Positions 17,835-26,136 of a DNA stretch of 64,000 nt are shown here, piece by piece; the first letter of the stretch is position 1; every line of letters starts with the position of its first letter. The notes beneath the pieces were generated by a model. The model was given only the letters and a program-made list of their open reading frames with translations. It was not told the origin of the DNA and did not search any database. The stretch is taken from IMG/VR virus record IMGVR_UViG_3300047546_003220; one strand, 5' to 3'. The stretch is from a virus (lineage: Duplodnaviria; Heunggongvirae; Uroviricota; Caudoviricetes). The position numbers and the translations under genes were made by a program.

Positions 17835-18374
17835 TTAAATCTGTGGTGATATAGGTGTAACTACTTCTTTACCATCAGAAATAATTCTATAAGTGGTAAT
17901 TTCACCCAAATCAGGGAAACTTATCAGTTCGACTCTAATTCCCCATCTTCCCACTTGATTGTTGACTTCAGGTGTTACAATAGAAGTTAAATCCACCAAG
18001 TCCTCCCAAGTTGTACCTTCGACCATATCACGAATAATACCTTGAGTTGTATCAACCAATACGTCATTTGCATGCATTACCCCCAAGAGAAATTTTTCAA
18101 CATCGTAGATATGATATCTAACAATACTTGATAACACAACACTTTTTTCATCCAAGGAAGTAACAGTTTGTGGTTTCAAATTTACCGTTTGGGTAATAAC
18201 AGGGGTTACCCAAATCTTATCAAAGAAAGGGAGTTTAAAATTTAAACCTGGATAAACTACTTTCTTGAATTTACCAAAGGATAAATGCACGCCTTGTTCC
18301 CATTGGTCAACTATTTTGAATGGAAGGATATCGTGAATGAAAGTAACAACGACTTCTATTAATTTATCAAACAT
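17835..18374 (-). CDS. SPFH/band-7 (prohibitin/HflC-like) domain protein. The ATG start is at 18374; the track start at 18395 is GTG.
   Basis: …QGVHLSFGKFKKVVYPGLNFKLPFFDKIWVTPVITQTVNL…VLSSIVRYHIYDVEKF… follows an SPFH-domain pattern. Confidence 0.5.
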   Translation of the reverse strand: MFDKLIEVVVTFIHDILPFKIVDQWEQGVHLSFGKFKKVVYPGLNFKLPFFDKIWVTPVITQTVNLKPQTVTSLDEKSVVLSSIVRYHIYDVEKFLLGVMHANDVLVDTTQGIIRDMVEGTTWEDLVDLTSIVTPEVNNQVGRWGIRVELISFPDLGEITTYRIISDGKEVVTPISPQI

Positions 18375-18394
18375 ATAATTTGGGTTTTGTACCA

Positions 18395-18402
18395 CAAATA
18401 TA
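18395..18402 (-). promoter_or_regulatory. -7 element TATATTTG
   Basis: CAAATATA on the plus strand, 21-28 nt upstream of the ATG at 18374. Confidence 0.4.
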
Positions 18403-18428
18403 CGAAAAAATTTTGAATATTAATAAAA

Positions 18429-19382
18429 TTATTTGTATTTGAGTAGTCTATCGCTTTGAATCATGTATACATACTCGGGCAAGAATTCTTCAATTTCCTT
18501 ATAGAATTTTTTACAGTCTTTGACTCTTTCACTTTCATCGTAATTGTACACAATTTTTCTGAACCATATGTGGTCCCAATTAAGTTCTTCTTTTGACTTA
18601 TCATGAGATAACATATAGAAAAATGGGTCTGCTCTTCCTACCTCCGAATCAACATATTCTGTATCAGCCAAAAATACCCTATCTGTTAAAGTTTGTGGTA
18701 AGACATTATTGTTTCTGAGTGATTGACCAAATAGTCCTTGGTCTGTTACAAGCCAAAACCATTCAGGAACTTCATTTTTGGTGTTTACCGCTTTCAAATG
18801 TTCTTCAAGATATTCTTTCTGAACTGTCTCGTCATTGATATAAAGAAACGAAGTATTGGGTATTAACATCTTATAAGAATAACCGTCCTTTGGTTTCCAA
18901 TGTTTGATTTCTGAATATTGTTGTTCTGTTGGATAATAATAACCTCTTGGGATTTCCCAATAAGGAATTGTGATTTTTGAATCAAAGACCCATTCAGGGA
19001 GCCTTTGTCTGACGATAAAATCCAAATCCAAAAAAACAAAAGGACCTTTTTCTTTTCCGATTACAAAAGATTTACCCGAAGTCCAAAATTGACCAGCATC
19101 AACATAATCGTAGTTTTCAAGGGTATGAACATCAATTTCATCCCACAACTTAATCATGTTGTTTTTTCTATAATATTCGAAACCAGTTTTGTCGGTGAAA
19201 AGTTTTGTTGGTCCATTGAATCTTTTCCAATAACCAACCGCCAATATGGTGAACAATAACTCTTGGTCTGTGGTCATGTAGACATCGGACTCTTGAGCTC
19301 TATAAACACTGAAAGCATGACCTCTCAGCCTTTTTCTCTCAACGTAAGGTTTCGTCCAATTTACGAAAACACCCTTCATCAT
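18429..19382 (-). CDS. possible GT-A-fold glycosyltransferase-like protein (paralog of 19339..20277)
   Basis: …KGPFVFLDLDFIV… is a DxD-like motif after a hydrophobic strand and matches …KGPTTVFDLDFRLF… in the neighbouring gene. Assigning a GT-A fold is an inference. Confidence 0.3.
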   Translation of the reverse strand: MMKGVFVNWTKPYVERKRLRGHAFSVYRAQESDVYMTTDQELLFTILAVGYWKRFNGPTKLFTDKTGFEYYRKNNMIKLWDEIDVHTLENYDYVDAGQFWTSGKSFVIGKEKGPFVFLDLDFIVRQRLPEWVFDSKITIPYWEIPRGYYYPTEQQYSEIKHWKPKDGYSYKMLIPNTSFLYINDETVQKEYLEEHLKAVNTKNEVPEWFWLVTDQGLFGQSLRNNNVLPQTLTDRVFLADTEYVDSEVGRADPFFYMLSHDKSKEELNWDHIWFRKIVYNYDESERVKDCKKFYKEIEEFLPEYVYMIQSDRLLKYK

Positions 19383-20277
19383 CTTTTAAATTATAGATTT
19401 CATTGAGAATTTCAAGACCTCTCACGTCGTTTAAAGAATACTCTGCGTAGTTTCTTATTGTTTCAATTTCAGGTTTATAATATTCACCGTTCAAACTGAA
19501 ATCTTTTTTATTGTTACCATAATGATAAATAAAATTGGATGAATTTTCCAACGTGATATCTAAGTCAACAGCATATTCGGGAAGTGGTCCATCTTGTTCA
19601 TCATTAATGAGAACAGCAACCTTTTTGTTATTTTTCTTGATTAACTGTGCCAGCATATACTGTTCAGCAAATAATATATAGTTTTCACAGTAATCTATAT
19701 TTTTGTTTTTATTAACACTACTCCACTGATACATATAATCCAACGCAAAATCACAATATTGATTTTTAAAATCATTGTCCTTAATGTAAAGGCATGAAAC
19801 ATTTAATGAATAACCATCCCACTCAAAGTCACTTCCTATAACAATATCTTTTAGACAATGTTCAGGAGTGGAGTAATAGTACTTACCCTCGATTGATTCG
19901 AAAGAATATGCACCAACGTCGTGATTGAAAAATCCAATTTTTGAAATGTCTTTAAACAATCTGAAATCCAAATCAAAAACTGTCGTAGGTCCTTTTGTTG
20001 CCCTTTGAGCTAAAATTTTTGAATATGCCCAAAAAAACTTTGGACTTATTTTATATTCTTTATTTAAAACTGAATCGTTAATTTCATTAAAAAGGGATGT
20101 GATTCTGAAATTCCCCAAATACTTTCTTGTGTGGTCATCACAAAAAAGAATTCGATTAAAACTTGGAAAAAATTTTTTTACAAAAAGCACATTGGATACC
20201 AAAGACATTAACTCTGGTTTGGATTGTTTCCAACTCGAATCCTTATATCTATCATGGGCGACCCATATTGCGTTCAT
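19339..20277 (-). CDS. possible GT-A-fold glycosyltransferase-like protein (paralog of 18429..19382)
   Basis: The N-terminus MNAIWVAHDRY resembles GT8-like starts, and the DLD motif is shared with the neighbour. Confidence 0.3.
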   Translation of the reverse strand: MNAIWVAHDRYKDSSWKQSKPELMSLVSNVLFVKKFFPSFNRILFCDDHTRKYLGNFRITSLFNEINDSVLNKEYKISPKFFWAYSKILAQRATKGPTTVFDLDFRLFKDISKIGFFNHDVGAYSFESIEGKYYYSTPEHCLKDIVIGSDFEWDGYSLNVSCLYIKDNDFKNQYCDFALDYMYQWSSVNKNKNIDYCENYILFAEQYMLAQLIKKNNKKVAVLINDEQDGPLPEYAVDLDITLENSSNFIYHYGNNKKDFSLNGEYYKPEIETIRNYAEYSLNDVRGLEILNEIYNLKDDEGCFRKLDETLR

Positions 20278-20311
20278 GATAGAAAAATAATAAATGATGG
20301 GAAATAAAAAA

Positions 20312-20330
20312 CCCCAAGTTTAACTTGGGG
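20312..20330. terminator. hairpin terminator CCCCAAGTT-taa-CTTGGGG flanked by A-runs and T-runs on both sides
   Basis: A perfect stem between the 20340 stop and the 20277 start. Confidence 0.55.
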
Positions 20331-20339
20331 TTATATTTT

Positions 20340-20930
20340 TTAGAATAAATCAGGGTCTTTTTTGTCTGTAGTTTCTATTGGAACATTAGTTGGAACGGTC
20401 CCATCAAGTGGTACCGTATTTGTAGCATCATTGGCTACGGTGCCAGTGTTTGTTGAATTGTTGGTCAATGTAGTTGGTTCTGTTGAGGAATATACAGCGT
20501 CTGCCCCTTGGAAGTCGTCAACCCCCATCACATCTGTGTCGACCACTGTCGGATTGAGATATTCATTTTTATAACTACTCCAAGCCTTATTAGTTCTCGG
20601 ACCAAATCTTCCATAACCTCTTCCTTTATTCACTTTACCATCGGCGTATCCTGTAGCCCAACCCGCTTTGTTGATGTCTAACCAATCCTGAAATTTTTTA
20701 ACTCCTTCAGAATTTGCTAGTTCTGTTGGGATTTGTATACTAGGTCCCGAGCCACCACCTGAACCACTACCTGAACCACCACCTGAACCACCACCTGAAC
20801 CACCGAACCCTGTCGGGTCAGTAATATTAATTTGTTCCGAAATGAATAAATTTTCCGAATCAGTTTTTCTTATATCGTAGACCATAAATTTCTTCATAGT
20901 CTGAATTTCATTGATAATTTCTCTTTTCAT
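20340..20930 (-). CDS. protein with a Gly/Ser linker and a peptidoglycan-binding-like (PG_binding_1-like) domain
   Basis: A (GGSGGGSGGGSGSGSGGGSG) linker, then VKKFQDWLDINKAG…YADGKVNKGRGYGRFGPRTNKAW, which resembles a PG-binding repeat; the tail is Thr/Asn-rich. Confidence 0.4.
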   Translation of the reverse strand: MKREIINEIQTMKKFMVYDIRKTDSENLFISEQINITDPTGFGGSGGGSGGGSGSGSGGGSGPSIQIPTELANSEGVKKFQDWLDINKAGWATGYADGKVNKGRGYGRFGPRTNKAWSSYKNEYLNPTVVDTDVMGVDDFQGADAVYSSTEPTTLTNNSTNTGTVANDATNTVPLDGTVPTNVPIETTDKKDPDLF

Positions 20931-20931
20931 A

Positions 20932-21732
20932 TTACGCTTTTAAAACCCATTCCGTTTTATTTTTCAAACCTCCTGGTTCATCAGGTCCTGACGCAACGCA
21001 CTCACACTTTGCCGACCAAGTTTTTCCACCTTTTTTCAAAAGAACGTTAGCTTCATTTGGGTAACCCGCGATAGCACTACCATTCAAGAAAAAACTAAGT
21101 TCACCACCTTTATAAGGTACTTTACCATGTTGTTTATCTCCTTCACCATAAACCTGATATCCAGTTACGCCCTCTAAACATTTGAAAAAGTTTGCCACGA
21201 CTGTTGTTTGGGCATTTGGTGTAGGTGTTGGTGTTGGAGTAACTGCGGTTTTTGCCACATCTTGTTTATCCTTATCAGCCTCTAACCAATTCATTAATGT
21301 TCTACGAGTTTCTTTACCTGTAGAACCATATCTCGACTGATATAGACTTTTCAAATCATCATAAAGGCTATCACCTTCATCGTCTTCATACATCTCCATA
21401 AATCGTTTAAGACAAGGTCTTACTACAGCCTCATCCGAAACTTTACAATACTTACCCTTATATTTCTCTAAGATTTTTTTTATTTCATTGAGGTCAGATT
21501 CTGATGTCCATCCCGCACCTCCAGTTACAATGCCAGCTAGTTTACCTGTGAAACCCGCAGTTCCATCCATTAAATCTACGACACGTTCAACGTCGTCCAT
21601 CAAATCAGTATCTGTAAATGGGTCTTGAGCCGTTCCTGTTCCCTCTTTGATTAAAGATTTTGTTTCAACTAAAGATTTTTTGATTAAGTTGATTAGTTGA
21701 GACTCTGTTAGTCTTATTTTTCTTTTATCCAT
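20932..21732 (-). CDS. hypothetical protein with the shared N-terminal motif (MDKRKIRLTESQLINLIKKSLVE) and a TPTPTPTP linker
   Basis: ORF with an ATG start at 21730-21732. Confidence 0.4.
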   Translation of the reverse strand: MDKRKIRLTESQLINLIKKSLVETKSLIKEGTGTAQDPFTDTDLMDDVERVVDLMDGTAGFTGKLAGIVTGGAGWTSESDLNEIKKILEKYKGKYCKVSDEAVVRPCLKRFMEMYEDDEGDSLYDDLKSLYQSRYGSTGKETRRTLMNWLEADKDKQDVAKTAVTPTPTPTPNAQTTVVANFFKCLEGVTGYQVYGEGDKQHGKVPYKGGELSFFLNGSAIAGYPNEANVLLKKGGKTWSAKCECVASGPDEPGGLKNKTEWVLKA

Positions 21733-21796
21733 GAGTTCTTTATTTTATAAATATATTTCAAAATTGATTTTATTTTCTTATAAATATACTGCAAAC

Positions 21797-21828
21797 AAAA
21801 AAACCCCAACGTAGATACGAAGGGGTTT
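21797..21828 (-). terminator. rho-independent terminator (AAACCCC…GGGGTTT with a T-run in minus orientation) closing the tRNA/ncRNA transcription unit
   Basis: The hairpin is followed on the minus strand by TTTTTTTGTTTG. It lies upstream of the 21732 start, so it ends the RNA unit coming from higher coordinates. Confidence 0.55.
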
Positions 21829-21839
21829 GGCAAAAAACT

Positions 21840-22890
21840 CTGAGAATACAAGTTTTATTGAGAATCTTTAGAAGGATTATTTGTTCCCTTCATTTCCACT
21901 TCCTTTTGAGAAGTAATCCTCAGTCACGGTCAATTAGATTAACCAATCCTTAAGTTGTGTACTACTCTCTCTTTACTCATCACTCTTCGACCCTGCCGAG
22001 CCAATTCATCCTTGCGGGATTAGAGAATTTTCGAAAAACTCATGTCGGGTTTGGGACCCTTCACGGCAATGAACCTCTCATTACTATGTAGTGACCTGTT
22101 GTCCACAACTGACGAGCACTTTTCCTTTATTGATTTTATTAGATTTTCACCAATTGAAATTAATAATAGGTTGGTTTACGGATGAGGAAGGTAGCGGCCC
22201 GTCAGAAGCCATGCCATCTTTTGAACGACACGATACTAAACTACCCTCTGAAGTCTCCCGACCTCCATGTTTTACGACAACTTCATAACTCATACCCTTG
22301 GTAGGGTCAAGGTTAAGGTTGAATCAGCACCACCTGTTTTTCAACATACCTTTCGGTTTTAAGTCACCGTTTACATTGGAAAACGTGATTGTGATGGTGG
22401 ATGCCATCAATTCTCACATATATCCTTCAGGTTATTCTTATTGGTCTTCCGACCTCAACCAAACGACCCGTATCGCTTGGTCACCCAACCACGTTCCCTA
22501 CAGTGTTACCCTCGGTAGTAAAGGTTAGATGATATCCTGATTGTCTACACGAGTTCCACCCGAAGATGAAACCGCAGAAATCACCAAACCAGTGATTCCC
22601 ACTTTATACTGCTTTCACAGTTTATTTAACGACCATAGACGGCCAATATCTTAAAACAAAGAACTATCTAATTTGGAAAGAAGAGGTATCTTTACGACCC
22701 ACCGAAGTTGGAACATTTACAACCCCTTCCTTCCAATTGTCTTACAAAGTTAAGAAAGATTTTGGAATCAGTCAAATCCTTATAAAACTTTTTTTGAAAT
22801 TTTTTCATTTAATTCCGAAGACCCCCTACTCTTAATAGGACAGGTTTAAATGAAATATTTCAAAGAACTAATCAGGTCTCCCTGATTGTA
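21840..22890 (-). ncRNA. candidate large structured non-coding RNA of about 1.05 kb between tRNA-Met and a terminator; identity unknown (GOLLD/ROOL-like large ornate RNA, intron or degenerate tRNA array)
   Basis: No ORF above 76 aa on either strand across 1.05 kb in an otherwise gene-dense genome. GC content is visibly higher than in flanking coding DNA. The stretch is co-oriented with the adjacent tRNA and bounded by the minus-strand terminator at 21797..21828. Confidence 0.25.
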
Positions 22891-22891
22891 G

Positions 22892-22963
22892 TTGCGAGGG
22901 TAGGATTCGAACCTACGACCCCAAGGTTATGAGCCTTGTGAGCTACCGCTGCTCTACCTCACG
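22892..22963 (-). tRNA. tRNA-Met (anticodon CAT), initiator-like: C1:A72 mismatch, A73 discriminator, T-loop TTCGAAT, CCA not encoded
   Basis: Sense sequence CGTGAGG-TA-GAGC-AGCGGTA-GCTC-A-CAAGG-CTCATAA-CCTTG-GGGTC-GTAGG-TTCGAAT-CCTAC-CCTCGCA-A folds into a canonical cloverleaf. It is strongly similar in layout to E. coli tRNA-fMet. Confidence 0.85.
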
Positions 22964-23070
22964 ATATAAGTTAATGATAAACTCCTACTACCCCACGGTC
23001 ACCTATCCACGTCATGCGCTGGTTGTACCAGCAGGAGCTATCAATATTTTTAAGAACTTAATTTGAAAAA

Positions 23071-23118
23071 GAAGTCCCACAAATCTAAGGAGATTTTCTC
23101 AAATAACCAAATTCGTGG
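23071..23118. other. perfect 7-bp inverted repeat (GTCCCAC…GTGGGAC) with a 34-nt loop, upstream of the tRNA
   Basis: Seen directly in the sequence; it could be an operator or processing site for the tRNA/ncRNA unit. Confidence 0.3.
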
Positions 23119-23384
23119 GACTGAAATTTCGAGATTACTATTTTATTCATCTCGGTGTTTCACTTTTTGAAAAAACTCTCGTTCTGTCGTATGTAGTGAA
23201 ACATTTTTTGGGGTGTTCGTCCTTTCGGACATGAACATATAAATATTCCCAAAATGACGAAAAGTAACCTTTGTAAAAAAAATATTTTACAAATCCATGT
23301 CGTCGATATTCTTTTTTATTTGTCTTTCGATATCCCACCAACAGTAAAGACCAAAAGCAATTACTCCTACAAATATAATCCAAA

Positions 23385-23804
23385 TCATTTTAATATAATT
23401 TCAGCGAGTTTATGCATATATTCACCCGAAGTTTCAGGTTTTACCTCATCGATTGTGAAATATCCCCAATCTGTATGTTCTTCACCGTCAATAGCGTTTT
23501 CTAAATCAGGTTCAATACATTTTTCGACTTCTAACAAATAAACATACATTAAACCTTTTACCTTTTTTCCATCACGGGTATGTCTTGGAATTAGTCCGAT
23601 GAACTTTAATTCAAGTCCATCAATATCTTTAGCTGTTTCTTCGAAGAATTCTCTTCGAGCACCTTCTTGGGTTGATTCATTTTCTTCAAGTTTACCACCT
23701 GGAATGGACCACATACCAGGAAAAGAACCAAGATTATTTCTTTTACATAGGAGGATTTTATCTCCACATTTGACCATCACACCAACGTACCTTTGTTGTT
23801 TCAT
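23385..23804 (-). CDS. Nudix hydrolase
   Basis: Nudix box GGKLEENESTQEGARREFFEETA (Gx5Ex7REUxEExGU). Confidence 0.75.
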   Translation of the reverse strand: MKQQRYVGVMVKCGDKILLCKRNNLGSFPGMWSIPGGKLEENESTQEGARREFFEETAKDIDGLELKFIGLIPRHTRDGKKVKGLMYVYLLEVEKCIEPDLENAIDGEEHTDWGYFTIDEVKPETSGEYMHKLAEIILK

Positions 23805-23818
23805 TGTATTTATTAAAT

Positions 23819-24166
23819 ATGATTGTTGAAATTAACGAAAATTATTTTAAAGTTAAAACTTTAACAGACCCAAAATCACAAAAAGTTGGGATGATGAATA
23901 AAGTTTTTGATGACTCATTTAATGGTTTATTATTTTTAATGGGTGGAAAGAAACAATGTTTTTGGATGAAAAATTGTATCATTCCGCTCGACATAATTAT
24001 TATAAAAAATAATGTAATAGTCAACATTCACCACGATTGTCCTCCATGTTTAGAGGAGCCTTGTCCAAGTTATTGTGGTAATGGTAATATTGTTTTGGAA
24101 GTTGAAGGTGGTACTTGTGAGTTGCTTGGTATTGAGGCTGGCGATTCGGTTGAATATCACATTTAG
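23819..24166 (+). CDS. DUF192 (COG1430) family protein. The ATG is at 23819; the track start at 23804 is TTG.
   Basis: …NGLLFLMGGKKQCFWMKNCIIPLDIIII…VNIHHDCPPC… matches the conserved DUF192 core pattern. Confidence 0.4.
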   Translation: MIVEINENYFKVKTLTDPKSQKVGMMNKVFDDSFNGLLFLMGGKKQCFWMKNCIIPLDIIIIKNNVIVNIHHDCPPCLEEPCPSYCGNGNIVLEVEGGTCELLGIEAGDSVEYHI

Positions 24167-24702
24167 TTTTTCCAAATAGTTTCGTTCACGTCTTCTCTAT
24201 TTCCAATAAATCTTGCCAAAACAAAGAAGAAATCACTTAATCTGTTAAGATAGATTGTGATTGGGTGTAGTTTTTCGAAATTATCCAATACTTTACATTC
24301 TAATACTTCAATTTCAGTTCTTCTTGCAATTGTTCTACAAATATGTGCTAAACAACTAGCTCTTGTACCTTTTGGTAAGATAAAATTTTTCAGTGGTGGT
24401 AACTTTTGATTCATCACATCCATAGCATCCTCTAACAACTTTACATCCTCTTCGGTAACTTCAGTTAATTCTGTTTTATTATCGTTGATAATCATGGACC
24501 CCGCATTGAAAAGATTCCATTGGATTATTTCCAAATCAGCATGTGAATTATAGGTCTCACTTCGGAGTAATCCTACAAATGAGTTAAGTTCATCGAGTGA
24601 ACCTACAGCCTTAATTTCTTGAATTGTTTTGGGAACCCTTCGGCCTGATAACAAACTTGTTGTGCCGTCGTCACCTTTTTTTGTGTATACTTTGTTTGCC
24701 AT
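24163..24702 (-). CDS. PduO-type ATP:cob(I)alamin adenosyltransferase. The ATG start is at 24702 (MANKVYTKKGDDGTTSL); the track start is TTG.
   Basis: The N-terminal motif VYTKKGDDGTTSLLSGRRVPK…AVGSLDELNSFVGL is the signature of the PduO/MMAB family. Confidence 0.7.
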   Translation of the reverse strand: MANKVYTKKGDDGTTSLLSGRRVPKTIQEIKAVGSLDELNSFVGLLRSETYNSHADLEIIQWNLFNAGSMIINDNKTELTEVTEEDVKLLEDAMDVMNQKLPPLKNFILPKGTRASCLAHICRTIARRTEIEVLECKVLDNFEKLHPITIYLNRLSDFFFVLARFIGNREDVNETIWKN

Positions 24703-24720
24703 ACACAAATAATAAGTCAA

Positions 24721-26136
24721 TTATTGTTCGACTTCAACTTTTGAGGAATTAATTTTTTCTTTGATTTTTTCAACCATTTTCTTTCCCACTTCCTTCATAA
24801 ACTTTATATAGGGCACATCGGGTTTGTCGGGTGAATATCTATATGGGTCTTCGGATGGTCTTGTTTTTCTACCTAAATAATTGAGACCTGAAATATTTGT
24901 AATACACTTATGTCCTCCAGATTGAGATTGAATAAAGTCCCACATGTTAATTCCAACTTTATCTAACACATTTTTTTCCTCTTCAGTTAACTCAGAAAAA
25001 GGTTTGTCCATAATTGGTTTCAATTTGGATATAATTTCTTCTCCTCCCTCAATCATTTGAAATTTACCCCCAAATAGTGCATCAAAATCCTTAAATGTAA
25101 ATCCAACACTTTCAGGTCCAACAGAAATTTCACTTATCCATTTCAAAGTTGAAAGAGGTATTACTCTTTTTTTCAGTGCAGGTTCATATTCCAATAAAAC
25201 TTCTTGTGCTATCTCCCCCAAATTAACTCCCTTAAGTTGTCTTTCTTTTTTAAAAGGGTTACAAGATGCCTGTAATAGTCCCATTGGCCACAATAAAACT
25301 AAAAAGTCTGCATCAGGGTGAACTCTGAATGGAGTATATCTATCATAGGAACCACTTTTCATACTTCCAGCTCCATATTGGAAAATTATTCCGTCTTGAT
25401 AAACTCTTTTTGGATAATTTTTCATTTGTTCGTGATAATCTTCTGACCTTTTTTGTAGAACATCAACTGTTTCTGCATTGGTAGCTTTCATCCACGATTT
25501 AATGTTATTCAATATTGAAAGTAATGATGGTTCTGAATTCATTACAAGGTCTTCCATGAAACCTTTTTTATTCTTGAAGGCTAATATTAGTTTGTTAATA
25601 ACTAATCCAAGTAACATCTTGTTTTTAGACAGTGTCTTATCTTTATCAAGTCTAAAAATGTAATTAACTACATCTTCAGGATTCAAACCTTGCTTCACAA
25701 AGTCAGCCGAATCTACAGTGCTAATTAACGTGATGTCCTGAGAGGGAAATAAATCTTTTGGTGATACTATTTGTGAAATTGTCTCTACGTTGGAACGAGC
25801 TTGTCTGAATGATTTTGATGCTTCTTTTTCCGCACCAACTTGCTTATCATGGTGGTCAGTGTGTATTTTAAACATTGGTTTACCATGTGCAAAATCCACT
25901 AAAACTGGCATTGTATCACCTTCCGCATCATTTTTTTTAATAGCGAATTCTTTGTCCCCGTATTGAATGACGTGAGCTCCGACAACTTCTATACCATTAT
26001 CCTCAAGATATTTTTTCATGGCAATTGCGGTGGTCACACCATCTAAATCTTGGTGAAAATAAATTTCGGCTTTGGGATATCTCTTCCTCAAAGCCGATAT
26101 ATCTCTGAGACCTGACTCAACAATTACTCTTTTCAT
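24721..26136 (-). CDS. DHH/DHHA1-family phosphoesterase (NrnA/RecJ-like catalytic core with an inserted region)
   Basis: N-terminal FHQDLDGVTTAIAM (DHH motif I), …FKIHTDHHDKQ (DHH motif III) and C-terminal …QSGGHKCIT… (the DHHA1 GGH motif). Confidence 0.6.
   Translation of the reverse strand: MKRVIVESGLRDISALRKRYPKAEIYFHQDLDGVTTAIAMKKYLEDNGIEVVGAHVIQYGDKEFAIKKNDAEGDTMPVLVDFAHGKPMFKIHTDHHDKQVGAEKEASKSFRQARSNVETISQIVSPKDLFPSQDITLISTVDSADFVKQGLNPEDVVNYIFRLDKDKTLSKNKMLLGLVINKLILAFKNKKGFMEDLVMNSEPSLLSILNNIKSWMKATNAETVDVLQKRSEDYHEQMKNYPKRVYQDGIIFQYGAGSMKSGSYDRYTPFRVHPDADFLVLLWPMGLLQASCNPFKKERQLKGVNLGEIAQEVLLEYEPALKKRVIPLSTLKWISEISVGPESVGFTFKDFDALFGGKFQMIEGGEEIISKLKPIMDKPFSELTEEEKNVLDKVGINMWDFIQSQSGGHKCITNISGLNYLGRKTRPSEDPYRYSPDKPDVPYIKFMKEVGKKMVEKIKEKINSSKVEVEQ

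Noticed and set aside
22151-22230. Possible RNase P RNA (a GAGGAAGGTAGCGGCCCGTCAG segment vaguely like the P4 GGAAAGTCCGGGC core)
   Set aside because: The match is poor (GGTAGCGGCCCG versus AGTCCGGGCTCC), and the 3' P4 partner (ACAGAACCCGGCTTA) is not found on either strand.
22091-22528. ORFs 22091..22288 and 22298..22528 (+) in the tRNA-adjacent region
   Set aside because: They are short, on the strand opposite to the local transcription unit, lack start context, and lie in GC-rich non-coding DNA that is more plausibly structured RNA.
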